Positions 51,143-63,194 of a stretch of DNA of 64,000 nucleotides are shown piece by piece. Position 1 is the stretch's first letter. Each line of letters begins with the position of its first letter. A model generated the notes under the pieces. It had not been told where the DNA came from. It made no database searches and saw only the letters and a list, made by a program, of their open reading frames with translations. This stretch comes from Gekko japonicus. Its lineage: Eukaryota. Location of the stretch: contig NW_015161972.1 of assembly GCF_001447785.1 (NCBI RefSeq), positions 162,030 to 226,029 on the forward strand, in the 5' to 3' direction. The position numbers were made by a program, and so were the translations under genes.

Positions 51143-51803
51143 TTATTATTTCCCATATTATATAGACAGCGCATACAATGGTTATATGTTTCTAACCACT
51201 GATTGAAAGCACTTGGTCTGGCCATGAAACTGACAAATGTAAGACAAACAAGAACTAGATATTCAAGCCACGTACAGAGCTTCTTTCCACAGGGTTGCCA
51301 GCCTCCAGGTAGTGGCTGGAGATCTCCTGCTATAACAACTGGTCTCCAGGAGCCAGTAGTGCCTTTTAAGCTTTGGAGGGCTCCTATTGGTGTTTCCAAG
51401 GCTGGAGAATCCCCCCTGTTGCTTTGAAGTTTTGTAAACATTTTAATTGAGCAGAGACAATCTGTCTGGAAATGTATCAATTCAGGAACCACCATGAACA
51501 ACGGTCTCCCCACCGGGAACATCGCATCGCAATCCAAGAACCAGCCAAAATTCATGACAAACTTTTGTTTGTGAGCCGGTTTGTGCCCATCCCTATTATT
51601 ATTTCCCATATTATATAGACAGCGCATACAATGGTTATATGTTTCTAACCACTGATTGAAAGCACTTGGTCTGGCCATGAAACTGACAAATGTAAGACAA
51701 ACAAGAACTAGATATTCAAGCCACGTACAGAGCTTCTTTCCACAGGGTTGCCAGCCTCCAGGTAGTGGCTGGAGATCTCCTGCTATAACAACTGGTCTCC
51801 AGG
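50898..51803. repeat. Tandem duplication, 2 x 453 bp
   Basis: 50898-51350 is repeated at 51351-51803. I saw no mismatch, and the ORF-track translations of the two units are identical. Confidence 0.95.
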
Positions 51804-51962
51804 TGATAGAGATCAGTTCACCTACAGAAAATGGCTGCTTTGGAAGGCAGACTCTGTGGCATTATTTCCCACTGAAGTCCCTCCCCTCTTCCAAAGCCCC
51901 ACCCCCCTCAGGCTCCAGCCCCCAAATCTCCAGGTATTTCCCACCCAGAGCTGGCAACCCTA
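51743..51962 (+). mobile_element. Blackjack-like MITE family B (its first 61 nt duplicated at 51290-51350)
   Basis: CAGGGTTGCCAG ... CTGGCAACCCTA, matching 56674-56891. Confidence 0.85.
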
Positions 51963-53179
51963 TTCCACACAGATATGAGAGCAGCTCATACTAATAAGCC
52001 TTCTTCACATCCTGTCCACATTCTGTTGTGGTGCCATGAGTGGTAATACCTGTCAGAAGTGTTCAGGAACCATAACTATTATAACTTTTGTGATGTGCAC
52101 GAAAGTGTTTCTGCACACAAGGATGTGCTTGAACAACCAACAGTTTAAGAGATGCTTGTATCATACAATCATTGGGAATTGCTTTTGCACCTGCAATGGA
52201 TTTATCCCTCCCTTTGATTATACAGAACAACTATTCTGCAAGTGCTGACATAACCAACAGTTTTGCCACAGTACCATTCGCTTGTTGTCAGTGGTGTTTG
52301 GCCGTGCATATGGGGCAGTCTCATAATGAGGCTGTCAAGAAACATTTGTACATGGTAAGGACTCCATGTAAGCTATAAGGCACCTGTGAGACCCAGATCC
52401 TGACACTGTGCCACCATGGTACATTGCTGGGGGAGATCCTCATCTGTTTTCTGCCACTCTTCAGTGGTGCTACCACAGATGGTCAGGGGGTGGTACTGCA
52501 GTTGCCAGCTCATCTGAAGTCAGGTGACATGAGGATTTTTAAAAAGCTGCTCCCCTGGCCTGTGCATGGTGTGCCCAGACTGTACATTGTTCTTCTGCTT
52601 GACTGTTTCCAACTCCCTAGCATTCCTCCAGACTGTTAGTATAAAAATGACAAAGCCCCATATGGATCAGCCCAATTGAGTCTCCATGTGCAGTTGACCA
52701 ATCTATGTGAAGAACCAGAGACAGAATCCCTACATGTAGTCATGCCACACATAACTGTTTCTCCCTGGTCTCTATATGACTGCCATAACAAATAAGAGAG
52801 GAAACTCATTGGTCACCAGCCTGCCATATAACATTTATCGGGCTGGATGAGTCCTCATACCCCTGCGACTGTCTTGATGTCTCCAGTAGGATTCCATGCA
52901 ATTTTCCAATGTAGCTCAAATTATAGGCTGGGCCTGCCATTTGCATCTGGTACCAAGATGATGGGATTACTTCTTATGTTCTAAACTGGAGCCCTCCCCC
53001 AAAAACATCCTTAATTTAATGCATTGCAAAGATCGACTGCTAATCCTTCAAGTGCTACCAGCTTTTCACTTGCACGGGATATGAAAAAAAAGAATTTTTT
53101 TAGCCCTGTAAGATTAAACAATCATTGGGATTTAAAAGCTTAATCTGCTTGGTGTTTGTACTGGAACAGCTCACAAGTC

Positions 53180-53648
53180 CCCGGCTCTGAGTGCAATTGG
53201 ATGCAACATCAGAGTCATTTGCAGAGGGAGGTGGGGGGGGAGCTCCCAAGTAGAAGTGATCTACCCTTTGAAATTTGTTGTGGCGTGAAGCCGTAAAGCT
53301 GTGCTGCTGCCTATATTTCTTCAGCGTCTGGCAGGATACCACTGCTGGGGGTGGGAGGGAGCAAGAGAAGGCAGGCAGAGCTGTGCAGTACATGAATCCC
53401 AGCTATTGTTTCAGACACACGTCTGCCTTAAAGAAGTACCACAAAGCAGGCTGCTGCTGATTCAGATGCAGAAGCTCCTTCCATCACACAAGACAGCCCA
53501 TTCAAGTCACATGCCAGAGGTCTCGGCAGAATGGGCTGCAGCTGCTTCGAATCTGCTGTCTAACATTAGGACTAGCTGGACAACCCTGACGGCAGCAAGC
53601 CTGCCAGGCTCAGAGGAAGACAGGCAAAAAATCTGGGAACCGAGCACA
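53180..53648 (+). promoter_or_regulatory. CHN2: Probable internal promoter / 5' leader of beta1-chimaerin
   Basis: Repeat-free, GC-elevated sequence directly upstream of the beta1 ATG. Beta1 is known to start from an intronic promoter. The TSS cannot be placed from sequence. Confidence 0.5.
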
Positions 53649-53894
53649 ATGTTCGCTGAGGAGCTGTGGCCTGAAAATGAGAAAGCCTGTGCCGTGGTTC
53701 ACAAATCTAAGCGAGGGAGGAAGCGCCAGGAGCTGCTGGCAGTGGCGTTGGGGGTGAAGATGGGTGTCAAGGGGGCACTCTTATGGCAACCTCTGAAACT
53801 CTTTGCCTATTCACAGATCACCTCCTTGGTCAGGAGAGCAGCATTAACACAAAACGACAACTATTTCAACTACGAGAAAGCACACAATTTTAAG
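53649..53894 (+). CDS. CHN2: Beta-chimaerin, beta1-isoform first coding exon (82 codons, ends at a splice donor)
   Basis: Translation [82 protein letters not shown] matches my recall of the mammalian beta1-chimaerin N-terminus ([39 protein letters not shown]...[28 protein letters not shown]). A strong donor AAG|GTAAGA follows at 53894/5, at the start of the C1 domain. Confidence 0.95.
53817..53894 (+). CDS. CHN2: Beta-chimaerin internal exon shared with the beta2 isoform (78 nt, phase 0/0)
   Basis: Acceptor CTCTTTGCCTATTCACAG|ATC. Encodes [26 protein letters not shown], the point where the beta1 and beta2 sequences converge. Confidence 0.9.
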
Positions 53895-54075
53895 GTAAGA
53901 ACATGTATGGACCGTGTCTGTTTTTTAAAGTTGTGGTCTCCCCCTTCGCTCCCCCCTTTTTACCAGCTTGTTGTTTCTCTTGTGTGTTTCTTTGTATCAC
54001 TTTCTTAGAGAAGTAACATTCATGGGTATTATACTCGGGTGGGCACTGTTTGTATAAACCTTTGTGATGCAAGGA

Positions 54076-54308
54076 TGTGGTGGTGGTGGTGGTGGTGGAA
54101 AGTGCTGTCAAGTTGCAGCAGATTTATGGTGACCCCCACAGGGTTTTCAAGGCAAGAGACATTCAGAGGTGGTTTGCCATTGCCTGCCTCTGCAGAGTGA
54201 CCCTGGACTTCCTTGGTGGCCTCCCATCCAAATACTCGCCAGGGCCGACCTTTATTAGCTTCCAAGATCTGATGAGACTGGACTTGCCTGTGCCATCCAG
54301 GTCAGGGC
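54076..54308 (-). mobile_element. 5S rRNA-derived SINE
   Basis: Antisense 5S head (CTCCCATCCAAATACT..CCAGGGCCGACC...TTAGCTTCCAAGATCTGATGAGA), (ACC)n tail, TSD GATGCAAGGA/GATACAAGGA. Confidence 0.85.
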
Positions 54309-56204
54309 GATACAAGGACAGGGCTGCTATATGGGGGGGGGGGGGGGAGTGAAGAGAAAGCTCAAAAGAAGAACACCAAGTTGCTAAAGCTTAAATAAAG
54401 ATAGAGTTTGGAATAAACATATTGAAACACTAAACAATGAGACTAGCAATCCAAAGCATACTTACTTGTAAGTTTAAGTAAAATCGATGAGACTTACTGA
54501 GTAAGCATAGTTAGGGTTACGCTGTAAAGGATGCGTCACAGATTACAACCTGAATCTGGTTTCCAGACCAGCTCCTTTGATTCACATTTCCTGTATCTTT
54601 TGATTCGTGCCCTTCACATTTTAACACCAGGCACATCCTGAGGCTAACAAAAATGTCTGTGCCCAGGTCTTCGTTTTACCTATGAAGAGAGGTCTTCTTT
54701 TAATCACAACTTGCTCCCTTTGTTACTGTGGCATCCCTAAGCCTCTATTAATGAGAAACCAGAGTGCTGTGATGGCATTGTCTAATAGCTTTTGTTTGGC
54801 TACCATGTGCCAAGGAAACACTTCAGGAGTCCCGCTGAGCTCCGGGAGAAAGCTTTTGCCTTCACTTGTCAATAGCCGAAGCTGCTAGCTTCCACGGGCT
54901 TCATAACTAAAAAGAAGCTTTCCTCCTCCCCCACCCTCACCCCAGGCAGTGTTTGGGACCGGTGTGTATGCGTGGAGGAAGTGATTCATTCTTAGCAATT
55001 TAGCTTCCAGACATCTTGCTCTTTTGCGGGAAGAGCTGTCTTTGTCCCAGATTCAGACACTCTGTATATTGTTAATATTGCCCAAGCCCCTGTTTGATGT
55101 TTATCAGGAAGGAATGGAGAACGTCCCTCTGTACTCATAAGGTTTCTGCACATGTTCTCTGACGCATGCCCCCCCCCCACCGAACTGGCTTTGTCAAAAT
55201 TTTATAATAGGGTGTGATTTCCACTGGGTAAAACCAAATATTCCTAAAGCCAGTTACAAGTGTTACTTACTAAAGAAAAACAAGGATCTAGAGACAGATG
55301 GCAGCTACTGCAGAGTAAACTATGTTGTATATACAAGGCACATAAGCTTGGGGATTGTCAAAACAGAATAGTTTGTAATATTGCTCTGTCTGTCTTTGCC
55401 TAATATAAAGAGAGGGCTAAAATTATTTATAATTCTTTAGCAACTGTGCTTCTACTTTGATCATTACTGTGCTTTGAGCTGAATGGAATGGATTCCTATT
55501 GGAATGTGGTGAGGGGGGATGAACTATATAAAATATTTAAAGTAGTCATTGACCGAATCATAAAAGCCAAATACTTTTCCAAAGAGAAAAGGGATGCTCT
55601 CTTCTGAAATGTTTGAAACATTCTATGAGCTTGCAGATTTCCCAGTAATCATCATTTTATATGAAAAAAATTGTTTGACTTTAGCCAGAAAGATATTTTC
55701 TCATGACTTGGGGCATATTTTCCACGTTGACCTATACATTCTTTCTTTCCTCTTCAAAATTCCCCTTGTTTGGTCTTTGATTTAAAACTGGAAGTATGCC
55801 CAGAACCTTTATTTGCTCACTCTAGCCGTTCTGCTTGCCCTCTTGCTTCCTGTTTGAAAAGAGCTATAATTTAAGTGGTAAATCACCTTATTCTGTTTCT
55901 AGACTTTAAATGCATGATTTAAAAACTGGATTTTATTTAAAAAGTACTCAGTGCAAGTGTCAAGAAGTGCTCCAAAGATGTCAAATGACAAAGACAACTG
56001 TATAGTGTTTCCTACAAAGCAAAGAATTATCTATCACCCCAAAATCCAGTATTATATCACAAGCTCATACTAAAATTCAATTACTGCTTAAAATGAAAAT
56101 AAATTGGTGATCAGAGTGCAAAATTTTCTTTCTTATTAGAGTTTTGTTCCGTTTTTCTTCCAGGGATCTCAGGATATCATACATTTTGTTCCTCCTCCAC
56201 TGTA

Positions 56205-56455
56205 CCTTATTTATTTAGGTACTTATACCCTGCCTTTCTTCCCATTGGGGGTCTTAAAGCAACTTACAGCACCATTCACCCCTCCTGCATTTTATCCTCC
56301 CAACAACTACAGCTCTGTGAGATTGCTTAGGCTGTGTGAGAGAGTGATTGGCCCAAGATCATCTAGCGAGATTTTATTGCAGAGTGGACATTTGAACCTG
56401 GGTTTCCAGATCTTAATTTTATACTCTAAATACTACATCATGTCAGCTCTCTCGC
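56205..56455 (-). mobile_element. Old tRNA/MIR-like SINE
   Basis: TTATTTATTT..TATACCCTGCCTTTC...CCCAAGATCA...TTTGAACCTGGGTTTCC pattern. Confidence 0.6.
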
Positions 56456-56673
56456 AATAACTTTGTGAGGTAGATCACGCTGACAGAGAGGGACTGGCTC
56501 AAGGTCTTTCCATTTAGTCTTGCATTCTAACCATTCCATCCCAGTGGCTCCTAAATTTATCTTGATTCAGGTATCGATACAGTGTACATTGGATCAGGAT
56601 TTTGCACATATACCCCCAGCTAGATATAGAACTTCTTGTTTGACATAAATGGGTTCATCTCCAGTCTAACAGA

Positions 56674-56891
56674 TAGGGCTGCCAACCTCCAGGTGGTGGC
56701 TGGAGATTTCCTGGGAGTACACTGATCTCCAGGCAACAGAGATCAGTTCACCTGGAGAAAATGGCCGCTTTGGAAGGTGGACTCTATGGCATCATACCCC
56801 ATTGAAGTCCCTCCCCTCCCCAAGCCCCATCGTCCTCAGGCTCCACCCCCAAAATCTCCAGGTGTTTCCCAACCCAGAGCTGGCAACCTTC
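56674..56891 (+). mobile_element. Blackjack-like MITE family B
   Basis: TAGGGCTGCCA ... TGGCAACCTTC with an exact 8-bp TSD CTAACAGA. Confidence 0.88.
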
Positions 56892-57061
56892 CTAACAGAG
56901 GATGGAGCCATTCATGGAACCATTAAAAAAATGCTACATGTCCACCAGTCACCTTTTCAGCTGCATTGCTTTTGATGGCAAAGAGTTCATTGTTGGGGCT
57001 GTAGCTCTTTGAAAGTGGTTCCATGGGCACAGTCCTGCTGCTCCACATTTGGGTTAAGCAC

Positions 57062-57367
57062 TAGGGCTGCCAAGTGGGGGCGGGGGGCGGGTAAACCCTC
57101 ACTTTGGAGGCCCGATTTCCGACATCACGGAATCGGGCCCTGGGGGGAACCCCACCCCTGCGTGCGCGTCACCAGGAAGTGACGTGGGTACGCCGGGCAC
57201 ACTGGGGGAGGGGCCACGGCCATACAAGGGAAAACTCTATGGGTTTCCCTTGTATGGCCGTAGCCCCGCCCCCAGCATGCCTGGCGTCCTCCTGTCACTT
57301 CTGGGTGACGCACCAGACGCCGGCCGGGAGCCCCCCGCTCCCAGCGAAGATACACTTGGCAACCCTA
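57062..57367. mobile_element. Blackjack-like MITE family A
   Basis: TAGGGCTGCCAAGTG / CACTTGGCAACCCTA, exact 8-bp TSD TTAAGCAC, and an internal palindrome GGCCATACAAGGGAAA...TTTCCCTTGTATGGCC. Confidence 0.92.
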
Positions 57368-58257
57368 TTAAGCACCTATCATGGAACTGTGAGATTCTAG
57401 ACTCACGTACTTGTACCATGGATTCATGAATACAATATGGAATAAGTGATAAAAACAGAACCTTAACTAGTTAGTTACAATCATTCTACTATGAAAGTTA
57501 ACAAAAATACCTTGTTACTTCATAGGAATACAAAGAGTTGTTTTGGCCTCTGGGAGATGTTAAAAATAGTGTGCTAGAGAACTAAAGGCATATGGGGTGC
57601 TGAGAGTTCATGACATAGTGCTTCTCAGAATGTGTGGCATGTGCTATTAACAAGAAATGCACATTAAAAAGAAACATTTGTTTGAAACTTTACCCCCCTC
57701 TTGGAATGAAGTGACTCAGAGATCACATTTCTAAATATAACTAAATATAAAATTTGATCTTGACTTAAGATAAAAAATAAGAAACAGGTCCAGTGCATAA
57801 GCCTAGCCAAAACAGTTCCATCTTCTGCATTCCATGTTTTCAGTCTTTACAAAAATAAATAGTTTGCTGACAAAATTTTAGTTTGACTGTCTTTGACTTG
57901 CTTTGAGTTCATGTTCTGACACCAACAGATCCTGCATAATGAATTCAAAGCATTTTAAAAGATTGTGTAATAATTTATTAGGGAATTTCATCCAAATCAA
58001 AGTAATAAGTCCATCATATAGAAATTTACATATGCTGTGAGTCACTGCTGAAATTATTGTCCTGCAAAAGGGAACAGATACATCATCACAATGAAAAGGT
58101 TGAAACAAAAGAAGATACTGGTATGATTTGATGTGGGAACCCAAACCACTGCTTGTCAAATCATAATTTGTCATTAAGCCTTGGAAAGCCTCAGTCACTC
58201 ATTCCCCTCTTCTGTTCTCCTCATGAAAGACATGGAAATTAATCCGTTCTGCTTTTG

Positions 58258-58260
58258 CAA

Positions 58261-58291
<31 letters not shown>

Positions 58292-58292
58292 A
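58258..58292. repeat. (AAAT)n microsatellite
   Basis: Read directly from the sequence. Confidence 0.9.
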
Positions 58293-59221
58293 CTCTCCCC
58301 ATTTTATTACATTGCAAACTGGTTTGGAAGAACACACTATGATTTGTTCTTTTCCTTCCAAACCTTCAAACCAGGATTTCAAACAAGGAATTCAACAATC
58401 CTGGTTGGTAAGGCAGAAAACAAATTGTAGGTCATCTGTAACAATAGATTATGGTTTGCCATAAAAGCAGAAATGATTAATTTTTGAGATGCAAATGAAC
58501 TTGAGGACGGCAAATTAAGTGTACAAGCTGGAGAATTTCCAAGGCTCATTTCAATAACGTTATATGGGAATTGTGCTGCTACGTTCATTTGGTCTTCCAT
58601 GTTGGATTTACATTCTTTCAATTAAATAATAACTTCTTTAACTGTTTCAAAGAATAAAAATGCATTCAGAAAGACCAGGAGAGGATTAAGCACAAAAGAT
58701 CAGAATAAGAATGGTGGGATATGATGCTGCTGCTAGCTATGAATCCTACTGTTCAAAAGAAGGGTACAGACACACAGCTGGCTCTTGTCTCACTCCTGGG
58801 CTTACTGAGAAGATTAGACAAGCAGGCTAGGATCCAAAGGCCTTTGCAACTAATACTGCACACACTTGGGAACTTTGGGAACCCCAAAAGGCTATACTGA
58901 GAATCATGGGATCTACATGTACAAAAGCCATGTGGGGCAGCAGCTGTAGTACGGATGGAAACTGGGTGGGGTTAGGTGAAAAGGCTGGCTGGATCCAACC
59001 TTTGGATTTGTCTTTCCTGAACATCAGCCAGCTATGCCCCGTAGCATCTTTTTTTTTTAAACAGAGGTGACTCTCAACAGTTTGTGCTATGTTATGGAGG
59101 GGGTAATAAAAAGGTAAAAATCTAGCAGGGCATGCCCAAACCCTTGGACATGTCTAAAGTTTTTCTTTGGATGCTGGATGTAATTTTTGTACACAATTCT
59201 CTATATAAGCATTTCCTATAA

Positions 59222-59543
59222 TAAAGGAAATAGGTCTTTATTCAGTGAGCAGTTACAGTGTGGAATTCACTGTCAGTGGACATAGTGATGATCATGATCA
59301 TAGATGCCTTTAAAAAGTGGTTAGATTCATTGAGGATAGGTCCATCAATGGCTACTAGATGTGGTGAGGAAAGGAAACTTTCAGATGCAGAGATAGTAAA
59401 CCTGTAGGACACCACATGAGAAGGAGGCCGTTGCTTCTATGCCATGTTTGTTGGCCCTCCAGGAAACTGATTGCTAATAGTTTAAAACAGGATACTAGAC
59501 TAGATGGACCACTGGTCTGATCCAGCTGGGCTGTTCTTATGCT
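59222..59543 (+). mobile_element. Older CR1 LINE 3' fragment
   Basis: TGGAATTCACTG, GATAGGTCCATCAATGGCTACTAG and CTAGATGGACCACTGGTCTGATCCAGC...TTCTTATG. Confidence 0.8.
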
Positions 59544-62027
59544 TTTATAAAGTCATAGAACAGTGGTTTTCTTTGTTGAGCTTATTTTATTTTTCCCTTT
59601 ATAAAACATGTAGCTGCATATTTGTAAGTAAATACAGTTGAATAGTCTTTCATCCCAGTCCATTTGGCTGTAAGTTTTAATTTCAACCATTTGAATATTG
59701 GTTCAGACCAAACTTTGAAAACTAATCCGAGTAGCATGGTTTCAGGTAAGCCTCAGTTTCAGTTATCATTAAAAGATGAGCTTCCATCCACTCATTGAAT
59801 AAAATTTCACAGATAAATTCATTTATACATCCATCACTTTCATTTGATCAAAGACTACGAACATTCTTTCAGAGTAGCTTATGCATTTCTGCACTTGTGG
59901 CTTTAGATGGAAAATGGCCATGTTCAGAACTACTTAATTAAGAGCAGTTGTATCATGTAAATTTTCTGAGTCAATGAGAATTAAGTCTACAATTCATGCA
60001 AGAAAATGGAAGGAATAATCGGCAACAGTTGCATAAATAATCTGCTACAAAATTACTACTTTATATGATGTCACAAACAGACCCAAAATATCCTAGTGAT
60101 TAGTGTTGAACCATCTAAGAAGATTAGGAAATGCAACAGTTTTAATAGCAGACTCAAATATATTTAATGTCTGTAACCATTTGGCTGGTGAAGCTAAATT
60201 CTGAGAACCTAAAGCTTGAATATGACTACAGACACACATGTTCCATCATTTAGTCAAACATCAAGTATTTACTTGCACATATGAAAGAGGCATCAAAGAT
60301 CAACCCACCACCACCACCAATACAGTTGACATATAACATGGCACTGCAGACAACAATAGACATGTTCCCTTATTCAGGTGTAAATTATAAGTAAGTGATA
60401 AGTCATGACACAACACATCAAGTGCTTTATATGCAGTATGAATCAGTTCTGAATATCAACCAAATATTACAGTTTTGCATTTTCAAGTAAACACATCTAT
60501 AGCCATAAAATGGAGATTGTATATTAACACCGATGGTGTTCACATGCTGTTATCAGCATTGGGTTAAACAATCTAATGCTTTAGTCTAGGGATACCTTTG
60601 TGTACAGATAAGCATTTGTTCATACAAAGGGAAACCATTTATAAAGTTGGGGGAGTCAATTGCGTGTGCAAAAGAAAGCATTTTGTATCTTTTGATGGAT
60701 ACAGATGTCATGGGGGATAGGAGATCTTAATGTGCCCATTGTGAAGGGGTGGCAGAGCTTGGTGCATGTACATGGACAACTGTATTTTTGCACTTGATAA
60801 ACTGGTAGCAGCACTTATCCCAAACTTGAATGCCTTATTAAAAGTAAGCCATAACTTTTCCTTCAAAAGTAATTCATAATGAGCCATGAAATTAGATTAT
60901 TACAGGTAGTAAAGTGAGTATTTTTATACTTTAATGGTTAGTAGGGGTCCACAATGTAAATGGTTTATTGTAACGTAAATGGTTTCATTTTAGAGAAGAT
61001 CACTGGGAGGTTATGAGTAATTCAACCAAAAAACAGGGAAAGAAAATAAAAGAGAAAAGTTTAACAGTTGTAAAAAATCACCATTCCAAGTGACAGAGCC
61101 TCCCAGAATTAAACCTCTCACCGCTTGGTAGTCTTTCCTAGTCCTCTCTTGTAAATGATGCAATAATCTGCGATGTTTCACCAAATATGTCCACAGCTCA
61201 CCTCACAGAAAAGATGCCACCAGTGGTTATTCTTACATTTCCCCCCATCACATTTCCAATACAGATATTGGGTAGGGGATTCATCAGATTACCTACTCTT
61301 TATTTTTAGTTTATCTACTGTTTTGGCCTTAATTGTGACAACAACGTGGCAAAGATTTTTCTGATACGTTGACAAATCTGTCAAGCTTCATACAATTCAA
61401 CAAGGGTAAGTTACTTTTTGAAGGTAGCTACACCTGAATGATTCCAGTCTTGTGACTGATTCAATGCATGCCCAGACCACAGAGAAAACCTCCAGGAGAT
61501 TCCAACTTGGTATTTGTGCCAGGTTTTGGATCTGAGTTTCTTGCATGGATCTTTATTATGCACATTAGGATAAAAAAAAATTAAACAAAGTTAGAGCCAG
61601 AGGAGTCATCACATAAATTTTTATTTTATTCCACCTGAAGTCTAACAGTGCAATCCTAAACAGAATTACAACCTTTTAAAACCTTAGACTTCAATTCTGT
61701 ACTGTAGATTCTTAACTCAGGTAAAATCTCAAATAGAAGATAATGCTGTATTTTGTGAACAGGGAAAGGATTGCTTTTCGAAAAGTCAGTACAAATTAAG
61801 TAATAAAACAACCATATCTCCAAACTAGGGAGCAACCTAATTTCCAAGCAAAATACAGCATTTATTTTTCAAAAAAGAATAGGCATGTATTTAGTCACTT
61901 TCCCCATGGGGAACAATGCAAGACGAATAACAGCCAAGCGTTCCTAATTATAACATATTTCATGATTAACAAGTAAAACAACTGTTGTCCACTGATTATG
62001 ATAATTGTGATATTTTTCCAGCTTGAG

Positions 62028-63100
62028 TTATTTATTTATTTATTTATTATTAAACTTATATCCCGCCCTCCCCACCTTGGCAGGCTCAGGGCGGCTAACA
62101 ATTCATACATATAGATATATACATTAAAACTCCAAAATATACTAAAAACAGAATTAGATTAAGATCACAATATAAAACCATAACTGCTCAGAACATAGCT
62201 GTAATAGAAGATGGCAGCATTCTTTCAGAATTTGAATGGTCGCCTACTCCATAGTCCAGGCTCCTGCCAGGCTGTTGGTCATCAGGTTGGTGGTGCTGTT
62301 GGTGTTAGAGTCAGGGCCATGATGTTAAAGGCAGCCCCTAATTGAAAGCCTGGCGGAAGAGCTCCGTTTTGCAGGTCCTCTGGAACTGCACAAGGTCCCA
62401 CAGGGCCCTGATGTAATCCGGGAGTTCATTCCACCAGTAAGGGGCTGCCACAGAGAAGGCCCTGGTCCTCATTGCAGCAAGCCTGGCTTCTTTAGAGCCC
62501 AGGAGAACCAGGCAATTTTGGGATCCTGATCTTAGTGCTCTCTGGGGAACATGTGGGGAAAGGCGGTCCCTTAGGTATGTAGGTCCCTGACCATATAGGG
62601 CTTTAAAGGTAAGAACCAGCACCTTGAACTGAATCCGGTACACTATACGCAGCCAGTGCAGTGCTTTTAGGGCGGGCTGGATGTGTTCCTGCACAGGAAG
62701 GCACAACAGCAGCCTCACCGCTGCATTCTGCACCAGCTGCAGCTTCTGGACTTGGAACAAGGGCAGCCCCATGTAGACAGCTTTGCAGTAATCCAATCTT
62801 GAGGTGACCATTGCGTGGATCACTGTTGCCAGGCCTTTGCATTCAAGGAAGGGAATCAACTGCCTAATCAGCTGTTGGTTGTAAAAGGCAGATTTCACAG
62901 TGGCTGCTACCTGGGCCTCCATCATTAAGGAGCTGTCCCGGAGCACTCCCAAACTCCTAACCTCCGGTGCTGACACCAATGGCGCCCCATTGAAGGTCAG
63001 GAGAGGGATCCCTTACCTTGGGCCATTCCAACTCAGGCACAGGACCTCCATCTTCATCGGATTCAATTTCAGTTGACTCAGACTAAGCCAACCAGTCACG
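62028..63100 (-). mobile_element. L2 LINE 3' part
   Basis: ORF 62338..62979 (VRSLGV, VTSRLDYC, LQLVQNAA.RLL, LHWL, RIQFKVLVLTFKAL, RAFSVAAP..WNELP, KTELF..AF), then 3'UTR and (TAAA)n tail. Same subfamily as 8839-11498. Confidence 0.92.
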
Positions 63101-63194
63101 ATTTTCACTCTTAAACCATTAGAAGTAGTTATAGCTTTGTAGCAACTTCTCAATATTGTGCCAGATTGGAGACCCCCCCCCCCCCCCCAAACCG

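Noticed and set aside
50890-51678. 262-aa minus-strand ORF with an internal repeat
   Set aside because: By-product of the 453-bp (151-codon) tandem duplication across transposon ends. No recognisable protein features.
53301-54008. 235-aa ORF as a single-exon gene
   Set aside because: It starts at GTG and reads through a strong donor at 53895. Chimaerin similarity stops at the donor.
57878-58621. Minus-strand ORFs of 106 and 80 aa as an antisense gene
   Set aside because: Non-ATG starts, no recognisable motifs or splice structure. Lengths are compatible with chance.
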